Part shown: positions 15,253-22,459 of the stretch, piece after piece | How the letters are laid out: each line of letters opens with the position of its first letter | Numbering within the stretch: the stretch's first letter is position 1 | Source: SAR324 cluster bacterium | GTDB lineage: Bacteria; SAR324; NAC60-12 | NCBI GenBank assembly: GCA_015232315.1 | Contig: JADFZZ010000032.1 | Coordinates: forward strand, 796-32,795 | DNA: 32,000 nt | Direction: 5' to 3' | Notes under the pieces: generated by a model | What the model was told of the DNA's origin: nothing | Databases searched by the model: none | The model's input: the letters and a program-made list of their open reading frames with translations, nothing else | Translations under genes and position numbers: made by a program

Positions 15253-16578
15253 ATGCGTCAATTTCGTAAATATGCGGCATGGCTGTTATTGACAGGAGGT
15301 CTCGCAGGATGTTCCTCCTCCGCTGAAGAGGTGGAAAGTGCCCCCAAAGTATCCAGACAAACCATTTATAATCAGTTCATTGATGGTGGAAAAAGCTCAA
15401 TCAGCGTTCTGGAGGAAACCATTGGTGGTAAAAAGCAGATCCGGATTGTGCTGAAAAAAGAGGGCGTTGATTCCAGCATCACACACCCTATCGACAATCC
15501 AAATTTCGTGATCGCAGTCCCACTGCATGATCCTACCAGTGCCAGAGTCGGTATTCAGACCATTGATTTTGAAAATGAAAAACGACGTTTGATTGAAGAA
15601 TTACTGCTGAGGTATATTCCACGTGATCGTTTCAATGTTTCCATTAAACTGTTTTGGGATGAAAAACGACTGGAAGAACTCCAACTCAAGGGGGTGCCAT
15701 TTCAAGAATCAATGGGAAGCACACAACCCGTCCCAACAGCATCAACCAAAGCGCCCGATAAATTGAATTATGAACTGGAACAGGCCGTGATTCGGCAGGA
15801 AACCAGGATTATGCTGGACAACACACTGCCAGCATATCAGGAAAAATTTGTCCGACTGCTACTGCCTTCCCAAACTTTTTTTGTCAAATCACGCGGAGAC
15901 ACGGCCACCGTGGAGCGTGTGATTTTCCCCAAGGCATCACCCGAAAGTATTGCGCCTGAGGAAGAACGACTGATCCGTGAAAAAGTACAGAAAATGATTC
16001 AGGAATATCTGAGTCAGGATGATTTTGTGGTCAATGTCCGGCTCAGTATGAAAGGTGGACAAAACATTCAGAGCATCACTGGACAGGGCGATCAGATTTC
16101 TGTGGCCTCCATGTCCACTGCAACGGATCAGGTGAGTGACCGCATGAATATCAATATCAATGTTCTGCTCAATGATCTGACCTCTCCGGATACCGATGAG
16201 TTTCTCCGCAACACGATTCCCTATGCCATTCACATGGACATGGCGGATGGCGACCAGTTGACCATCACCCGCAAACGGTTTCCGGAAAAAGATTATGGTC
16301 AGATTTCGCCACAACAGGTTGCGCAACTGGAAGAATACAAACGGGAAATTCTTACCGCTTTTGAATCAGGGAATTATGCAGGTGGCCTGGATCTGGTTAA
16401 AAAGGCCATGAAGATCAGTGTAAAACGGGACGACCGCCTGAGTTTGCTAAAAATGCAGGGGTCGCTGTATTTTCTGCTTCAGGACAAACAGCGTGCTCGC
16501 GAAACATGGGAGCATTTGATCAAACTTGATCCGGAAAACGAAGAAGCAAAACAAATGCTTATGAATTTGGTGAAATGA
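15253..16578 (+). CDS. Lipoprotein with two ring-module-like repeats and a C-terminal TPR region
   Basis: Lipobox LLTGGLAG|C (Cys20). Internal modules are RRLIEELLLRYIPRDRFNVSIKL and EERLIREKVQKMIQEYLSQDDFVVNVRL...MNININVLLNDLTSPDTDEFLRNTIPYAIHMDMADGDQLTITRKRF. TPR-like C-terminus (...LKMQGSLYFLLQDKQRARETWEHLIKLDPENEEAKQML). Confidence 0.8.
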   Translation: MRQFRKYAAWLLLTGGLAGCSSSAEEVESAPKVSRQTIYNQFIDGGKSSISVLEETIGGKKQIRIVLKKEGVDSSITHPIDNPNFVIAVPLHDPTSARVGIQTIDFENEKRRLIEELLLRYIPRDRFNVSIKLFWDEKRLEELQLKGVPFQESMGSTQPVPTASTKAPDKLNYELEQAVIRQETRIMLDNTLPAYQEKFVRLLLPSQTFFVKSRGDTATVERVIFPKASPESIAPEEERLIREKVQKMIQEYLSQDDFVVNVRLSMKGGQNIQSITGQGDQISVASMSTATDQVSDRMNININVLLNDLTSPDTDEFLRNTIPYAIHMDMADGDQLTITRKRFPEKDYGQISPQQVAQLEEYKREILTAFESGNYAGGLDLVKKAMKISVKRDDRLSLLKMQGSLYFLLQDKQRARETWEHLIKLDPENEEAKQMLMNLVK

Positions 16579-17855
16579 CCATGAGACTGAAACGATTTGG
16601 ACTGACATTGTTATGTTTGGGACTGACCGGAATGTTTTTCGGAACATTTTACGCGGCAGAACCGGAATCCTCTGCTGTAACCGCAGAAATGCCTAGCAGA
16701 CCTTCCATTTTGCCTGATTCCGCTATGGATATTCCGGCGGAAATGCCAGTTGTGCCAGAAGCACCCGCGACGACTGCGGTGCCTGTTACATCAACCGCGC
16801 CCTCAAAGGCCGCGGACTCTACTGTTGTGCCCCCTGCGCCCGTAAAAGCAGGCAATGCTTCTGCTCCAACGATGCCAGTGCAGGAACAGCCAAGACGGCC
16901 CGAACCACGAAACACCAACGAAATTATTTCCGCGCCCTTTGAACAATTGAAAAAACTGTATGGCAAACCTGAGGGGACAACCCTGGAACAACCAGCAGAA
17001 GTGGACCAGAAACCAAAACAACCTGAAGTTGTTGAAACCAAAACGAAGTCACCGATTGAAGAAATGGATTTGCCTTCGCTTTCAGAGCAACAGGAAACGG
17101 AACGGAATCTTGAGTTCAAACTGGAAACAGCCCTGAAAGAATTATTGCTGGACAAATATGTTCAGGTCAAAGTGATTGTCCATTATCTCGTCAATACTGT
17201 TCCAATCACTGAAAGCAACAAGCAAATATCACAAATGCGGCTTCCGGGATTTAAAAATCAGGTGTGGGTGCCGATTGATCAGAAAAAAGTAACAGGCCTG
17301 GTGCATCGGTTGACACGTTACAACAGTATTTTTGTGGTGGTCAATCAGCCGGTATCACCGTTTGATCTGGAAGTCCTGCGACAAAAACTGAATGCAAAAA
17401 TCGCTGAAATTGATCTGGAAACCAATGATTTTCTTAAAGTCGCTTATGTTCCACTGGCAGAAATGCCAGGAACTGAAAAGCCAATGGCATCCCAACCGGA
17501 AACTCAGTCAGAGGCCACTGATCAGGTTGAAAAAATGCCTGAACCTGAAATAACGCCAGAACCGCCCAAACTTGTTTCAGCCAATGAACAACGCGATGTC
17601 GAAGTAAAATCAGCCAAGCAATTGCTCGAAGCACGCACCGCGTTTTTCAGGAATGACCTGAAAGAAGCGTTGGATAAAATCAATAAAGCCATTGAAATGA
17701 ATCCTGACTCCGCACAGGGCTATGCCATGCTGGGGTCGGTGTATTATCGCCTGAAATGGTATGGACAGGCAAAAAAACACTGGAAAAAATCTCTGGAACT
17801 GGAGCCTGACAATCCTTTGATTGCTCAGTATCTCGAACGATTGGAGAACGAATGA
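16575..17855 (+). CDS. Secreted or anchored Pro/Ala-rich protein with a ring-module-like domain and C-terminal TPR
   Basis: N-terminal hydrophobic signal (LTLLCLGLTGMFFGTFYA|AEP) and a ~140-aa P/A/T/E-rich linker. The module is LEFKLETALKELLLDKYVQVKVIV...SIFVVVNQPVSPFDLEVLRQKLNAKIAEIDLETNDFLKVAYVP. The TPR is AQGYAMLGSVYYRLKWYGQAKKHWKKSLELEPDNP. The ATG at 16575 overlaps the upstream TGA; an alternative ATG is at 16581. Confidence 0.8.
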   Translation: MTMRLKRFGLTLLCLGLTGMFFGTFYAAEPESSAVTAEMPSRPSILPDSAMDIPAEMPVVPEAPATTAVPVTSTAPSKAADSTVVPPAPVKAGNASAPTMPVQEQPRRPEPRNTNEIISAPFEQLKKLYGKPEGTTLEQPAEVDQKPKQPEVVETKTKSPIEEMDLPSLSEQQETERNLEFKLETALKELLLDKYVQVKVIVHYLVNTVPITESNKQISQMRLPGFKNQVWVPIDQKKVTGLVHRLTRYNSIFVVVNQPVSPFDLEVLRQKLNAKIAEIDLETNDFLKVAYVPLAEMPGTEKPMASQPETQSEATDQVEKMPEPEITPEPPKLVSANEQRDVEVKSAKQLLEARTAFFRNDLKEALDKINKAIEMNPDSAQGYAMLGSVYYRLKWYGQAKKHWKKSLELEPDNPLIAQYLERLENE

Positions 17856-19744
17856 TGGCACGCTATCTTAAAACAGGTTGGATCTGTCTGTTGCTGAGCC
17901 TATGCGTTTCAGGGCATGTATGGGCTGAAGAACGCATCACATCCCTGCCTGCGAAACAGTATGAAATTGAATCGGCCATTCACAACAGCCTGCGGCATTA
18001 TATGGAACCACAGGACTATGTGATCAAAGTCTGGCTGAAGGGAAAGAAAAAAACCATTGAGACCTTCCCTTTCAAAAATTTCAGTTCATCAACGGATGAA
18101 GTCCTGCCCGGATTCGGTACACCGCCCTCGCCTGTAACCAACGAAGACCCTGTCGCCGTTGAAGGCGAAACTTACTGGGTTGTGGAACAGATGCGTGTGG
18201 ATTTGATTCTTTACAAAGAAATATCTCCATCGCTGGCCACCTATATCACAGAGATCATTCCCGTCTTAAGCGGAATGAATTCTCAACGTGGCGATGTATT
18301 CAATTTTATGCCGATCAAACCCAAACCACTTGAAAGCGACAGTCCCAGACCGTTGAATCCTGATGGCAGTGCCATGGATGGTGCGTCGTCATCTTCAGAT
18401 CAGGCTGTCGCCACACCTGAACCGGAACCAACCCTTGAACAAATGCTGATTCCGCAAACACCAATGGAATGGCTACAGGCAGGGGTGAGTTTGCTGTTAT
18501 TGCTCCTGATCCTCTTTATTTTCTGGAGAATCATTAAATTACAGAAACAGCAGAAAGCCGCGCAGGCCGCCCAGGAAAAATCCGCTGTGGACATCCGGGA
18601 TCTGGTGCCTTCTCCGCAAAACGCCATCGCGACGATTCAACAGGCTCGTCAAGATCTGGTGCGCCGGCAGGATGAGCATGTTCAGGAAATATTGCTGGTT
18701 GAAGAAAACAACCGGCTTTTGCAGGAAATCATCAAACAACTGGTAGGACGTGAAGACTGGAAACAGCATCTGATTGAGGAAATGACACGGGATAAACAGT
18801 CCACCGAAGCCTTCACACGGTTGCTGGCCATGATGGGACCCCAGACGGCCCGCCGGCTGTTTTCCGAACAGTTGGGACATGAGGCCTATCTGGATCTGGA
18901 ACAACTGGCCCGGGATCTTTCGTTCACACCACAAGAGGCCAATTCGATTCTGAAGGATATCTGGACATTTTTATTCACTAAAAAGCTGACCTTGCCTGAA
19001 AAAGTAGCGACGGATCCTTTTGGTTATCTGTTGAAATTGTCTACCGGGCAAATCGCGTTTTTGCTCAAGGATGAACCGGTCAAAATCAAGGCACTGGTTG
19101 TCAGTCGCCTGAACAGTGAACAGGCAACAGAAGTGATCGGACATTTCCCGAAAGATGAACGGACTCAGGTCATGCTGCATCTGGGCAAGATGGAGGAACT
19201 TCCTCTCGAACTGGTGTCGCAGGTCGCTTATAATCTGGCTGACAAGGTACGAAGCCTGCCTGACAGCAATACTGTCGCGGTCAATGGAGTGAATCTCGTG
19301 ATTGATGTCCTGGGTGAGGTCGAACATGGAGTTCGGCAGGACATCATCAACGGCTTGCGGATTTCTGATCAGCGTTTGAGTGATATGGTGGAAAGCCGGT
19401 GTTTCATTTTTGAATCCATTCCGTTTGTACCCAAAGAAGTTTTGATGGAAGTGGTCCGTCGTTTACCGCTGGATGATGTCATTATTGCGATCTCCGGTGC
19501 GACAAAAGAAATCAAGGAAGCCGTCATCCTGTGTTTTCCTGAGCAAAACCGTCAGGCGATTGTATCTGCCTTGAAAGCAAAAACACCATCCCCGGATGAC
19601 ATTCGGGAAAAACGCAGGGTGTTTGCCCAATCCATGCGTGGCATGGCAGAAAACAACAGGGTCGATTTGAAAGAAATCAACACCGCGTGGGCCCAACAGC
19701 ACGATGCTGTTCCAGCCCTGAATTTTGAACAGCAGGAGTCATAG
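17852..19744 (+). CDS. Bitopic membrane protein: periplasmic FliF/YscJ-like module, one TM helix, cytoplasmic FliG-like (middle + C-terminal) domain
   Basis: Signal peptide ...CVSGHVWA|EE and TM helix SLLLLLLILFIFW (aa ~206-226). The C-terminal ~230 aa align by eye to FliG: LLKDEPVKIKALVVSRLNSEQATEVIGHFPKDERTQVMLHLGKM; NGVNLVIDVLG; CFIFESI (cf. MFVFEDI); AISGATKEIKEAV (cf. ALKGAS.E.KEK). GGAG RBS, and the ATG overlaps the upstream stop (ATGA). Confidence 0.85.
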   Translation: MMARYLKTGWICLLLSLCVSGHVWAEERITSLPAKQYEIESAIHNSLRHYMEPQDYVIKVWLKGKKKTIETFPFKNFSSSTDEVLPGFGTPPSPVTNEDPVAVEGETYWVVEQMRVDLILYKEISPSLATYITEIIPVLSGMNSQRGDVFNFMPIKPKPLESDSPRPLNPDGSAMDGASSSSDQAVATPEPEPTLEQMLIPQTPMEWLQAGVSLLLLLLILFIFWRIIKLQKQQKAAQAAQEKSAVDIRDLVPSPQNAIATIQQARQDLVRRQDEHVQEILLVEENNRLLQEIIKQLVGREDWKQHLIEEMTRDKQSTEAFTRLLAMMGPQTARRLFSEQLGHEAYLDLEQLARDLSFTPQEANSILKDIWTFLFTKKLTLPEKVATDPFGYLLKLSTGQIAFLLKDEPVKIKALVVSRLNSEQATEVIGHFPKDERTQVMLHLGKMEELPLELVSQVAYNLADKVRSLPDSNTVAVNGVNLVIDVLGEVEHGVRQDIINGLRISDQRLSDMVESRCFIFESIPFVPKEVLMEVVRRLPLDDVIIAISGATKEIKEAVILCFPEQNRQAIVSALKAKTPSPDDIREKRRVFAQSMRGMAENNRVDLKEINTAWAQQHDAVPALNFEQQES

Positions 19745-19765
19745 AATTTTTTATAGGTCTGAGTT

Positions 19766-20725
19766 ATGAAAGACACCATTGGCACACTTCTGGGCTTTTT
19801 AATTGGTATTTCCCTCGTCTTGTTTGGAATCACCTGGCCTGATCATTTGTCCAACTATTACATGTATCAGTTGCGCGAATATGAAATGGCCACAAAGCAG
19901 ATGAAAAAAGACGGGGTGCCTCGCAACCAGATTCAGGAACTTGAACAGAAATTCTCAGAGTTTCAGGATTCATGGATCGGAACCATGTCCCGCTTTATTG
20001 ATCTCAAATCGTTTTTGATTGTGATGGGCGGCGCCTATTCCGCGATGATGGTCGCGTTTCCGTTTGACAAGGCGATGGGGGCTTTTGTGTTCATTGTCAG
20101 GGTGTTTGCGTCATCCGTGAAGAAGGAAGAATTTCTGGATGTGTATCACACCGTTCTCAAACTGGCTGAAAAACGAGTGAACAATGCCATCCTCACCGAT
20201 GAGGATATCAATGCTATTCATTCAGTGGATCTAAAACGTTGGGTTCAGGATTTCATTGTGGTCGATATCGTTGAAGAAAACATGATTGAGGAAATTGTTC
20301 GATCGGAAATTGAAATGTACAATTATCGTTCTTTTGAAGAAATTGATGTCCTCAATTTTCTTGGTGCCGCGTCTCCCGCTTTTGGAATGCTCGGTACCGT
20401 GGTTGGTCTGATTCTGATGCTGGGAAATACGGGTGGTGATGTAGCCGGTGTGATGGGGGGAATGTCCATTGCGTTGATCACGACATTGTATGGAGTGTTT
20501 CTGGCCCAGATCATGTTTTTGCCGATAGCATCCAAACGCTATCAAATGAAAGAGTCGCACATCATGTTGCTGGAAATGATCAGAGAAGGTCTGCTCTATC
20601 TCAAACGGCGTGAAATTCCTGATACGATCTCCCAGGATTTAATCATTTATCTGCCTCTCAAAATGCGTCAGAAAATCACTGAAGAAAAAATGGCGGCGAT
20701 GCGTGAGGGTAATTTGGGATTGTGA
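19766..20725 (+). CDS. motA: MotA/PomA-family stator channel protein with an enlarged first periplasmic loop
   Basis: SPAFGMLGTVVGLILML and GGMSIALITTLYGVFLAQIMFLPIASK match MotA TM3/TM4, including both conserved prolines. There is a ~50-aa insertion between TM1 and TM2. Confidence 0.9.
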   Translation: MKDTIGTLLGFLIGISLVLFGITWPDHLSNYYMYQLREYEMATKQMKKDGVPRNQIQELEQKFSEFQDSWIGTMSRFIDLKSFLIVMGGAYSAMMVAFPFDKAMGAFVFIVRVFASSVKKEEFLDVYHTVLKLAEKRVNNAILTDEDINAIHSVDLKRWVQDFIVVDIVEENMIEEIVRSEIEMYNYRSFEEIDVLNFLGAASPAFGMLGTVVGLILMLGNTGGDVAGVMGGMSIALITTLYGVFLAQIMFLPIASKRYQMKESHIMLLEMIREGLLYLKRREIPDTISQDLIIYLPLKMRQKITEEKMAAMREGNLGL

Positions 20726-20728
20726 TCT

Positions 20729-21376
20729 ATGGCCAATCGAAAAGACGCATCAACCGAAACCCCTGCATGGGTGGTTTCTTTTGCCGATCTGATGAGCTTG
20801 CTGTTCAGCTTTTTTGTGCTGCTCACCACACTTTCCACTCAGCCGAAAAATTGCGAGGGCATCCGTGAATATATGGAAAACAACAAGGCGTTTTTTAAAA
20901 ACTATGAACTTCGATCCACTAAACTGAGTTGCATTGTTTCCTTACCTCAAGATTATCTGTTCAAATCAGGACAAGGCAAAATCCAGCCTTCGGCCTTCAA
21001 AGCGCTCACTCCATTTTTTGAGAAAATCCGCGATCTGCCGGAACATCGTGAAGATCTGTTGATTGTGGAAGGTCACACCGACAATGTGCCCATCCATACC
21101 CGTGAATTTCCCAGCAATTGGGAACTCAGCTCGGCCAGAGCCACCAATATTTCCGTATTCATGATGGAAAAACTCAAATTTGCCCGCGAACGACTGTCCG
21201 TTTCGGCCTATGCGGATTCGCGTCCCAAAACCCCCTATGTAGACACTTACGGCAAACCATTAACCGGCAAGGACCTCCAGAATGCTCGACAAACCAACCG
21301 TCGAGTTGAAATCATTCTGACAACACCCCCCAAATCCCTTGAGGAAACCACCATGCTGTTTGATGGTCGGGAATAA
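20729..21376 (+). CDS. motB: MotB-family stator protein (OmpA-like peptidoglycan-binding C-domain)
   Basis: PAWVVSFADLMSLLFSFFVLL carries the conserved channel Asp. OmpA_C motifs are VEGHTDNVPI, SNWELSSARATNISVFM, YADSRP and NRRVEI. It starts 3 nt after the motA-like stop. Confidence 0.9.
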   Translation: MANRKDASTETPAWVVSFADLMSLLFSFFVLLTTLSTQPKNCEGIREYMENNKAFFKNYELRSTKLSCIVSLPQDYLFKSGQGKIQPSAFKALTPFFEKIRDLPEHREDLLIVEGHTDNVPIHTREFPSNWELSSARATNISVFMMEKLKFARERLSVSAYADSRPKTPYVDTYGKPLTGKDLQNARQTNRRVEIILTTPPKSLEETTMLFDGRE

Positions 21377-21842
21377 GGCCCTCATCTGACCTCATCAATA
21401 CTGTGTGAATTATTTTTTCACGATAATGAGGCCATATTATGCAATATTAACTCATGTGATGCAATAAACTTTTTTAAATAAAAAATATGAGTTTTCTCAT
21501 CACAACGCCGCTAACGCAGAGGGCCAATGGCTGACAGTTCGCACTCTGAATCATTTCGGATTGAGGAAACAAAAAACTTTGATTTCAGCCGGATATATTG
21601 TCAGTTACCACAAAGTGCTGTCCATTGAAAACAAGCCTGGCAGGCGTAAAGAGCATTCAAAAAAAACTCCTTGACGAAGGGCTAGTGAATACGCTACATG
21701 CATATCTAATATCTAACAAAGGCCAGGGGAGGATCTTTGTTTACAACGATTTCCCAAATCGGGGGGGATTAACCAGCCCCCTGTAAACATTGGCAATTGT
21801 GAGATATTGTTTATTTTTTTAACTAATCTCTTTGGAGGAAGT

Positions 21843-22427
21843 ATGAAAATGTTCAAACAATGGAAAAAAAGATGGGCTGGATTCAGTCTTGTAGAAATTG
21901 TAATCGCCATCGCGGTCATCGGGATCATGTCTGCGGCGTCAGTGCCCCTGATCAAAAGCACACTCGATAAATCAAAAAATTCCCGCGCAAAAAGCGAACT
22001 GGAAGAAATACGAAATGCGTCTGTGTCATTTTATGGCGATACCTTTCAGGTTCCCGGTAATATTGGATGTACCAAGACAGCCACAACCCATCTGCTGACA
22101 GATACAGCAGCGGCAAAAATTGACATGTCCAAAGCAGGGACTGTGACATCTGATGATCTGGATGCGCATTTCAATACGAACTGTACAGGTGCCAATGCCG
22201 GTAAATATACAGACAATAGCTTGGGTGGCGCCTGGAGAGGCCCATACATGGAAGCTGATCGCTATGATCCATGGCAAAAATCTTATGTATTGGTCACAAA
22301 TACATTTGGAACTACTGATACCGCATCCGGTTATGCTCTTTCCGGTGGAACCGATGAGCAGGTCAACACTGCCAAGGCTACAGCCGCAAGTACCAGTGAT
22401 GTATATATCAAAGTCAGTCTGAAATAA
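21843..22427 (+). CDS. Type II secretion pseudopilin / type IV pilin-like protein (GspG-like), orphan
   Basis: Prepilin signal KRWAG|FSLVEIVIAIAVIGIM (Gly-1, Phe+1, Glu+5). GspG-like motifs are WRGPYM and DPWQKSY. Start at ATG 21843, with GGAGG 4 nt upstream. Confidence 0.85.
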   Translation: MKMFKQWKKRWAGFSLVEIVIAIAVIGIMSAASVPLIKSTLDKSKNSRAKSELEEIRNASVSFYGDTFQVPGNIGCTKTATTHLLTDTAAAKIDMSKAGTVTSDDLDAHFNTNCTGANAGKYTDNSLGGAWRGPYMEADRYDPWQKSYVLVTNTFGTTDTASGYALSGGTDEQVNTAKATAASTSDVYIKVSLK

Positions 22428-22438
22428 TTTTTCCTCAT

Positions 22439-22459
22439 AAGGCGGGTCACTCCCGCCTT
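22439..22459 (+). terminator. Rho-independent terminator after the pseudopilin gene
   Basis: AAGGCGGG-tcact-CCCGCCTT followed by TCTTTT. It overlaps the stop codon of the convergent minus-strand gene. Confidence 0.7.

Noticed and set aside
16649-17155. 168-aa minus-strand ORF
   Set aside because: Antisense of the Pro/Ala-rich linker coding region. Such low-complexity regions commonly stay open on the opposite strand.
21598-21786. 62-aa ORF in the long leader upstream of the pseudopilin
   Set aside because: TTG start, no RBS and no recognisable features. I treat it as non-coding leader.
21791-21806. TGGCAATTGTGAGATA, a sigma54-like -24 box just upstream of the pseudopilin gene
   Set aside because: No GC dinucleotide at the -12 position (AT instead).
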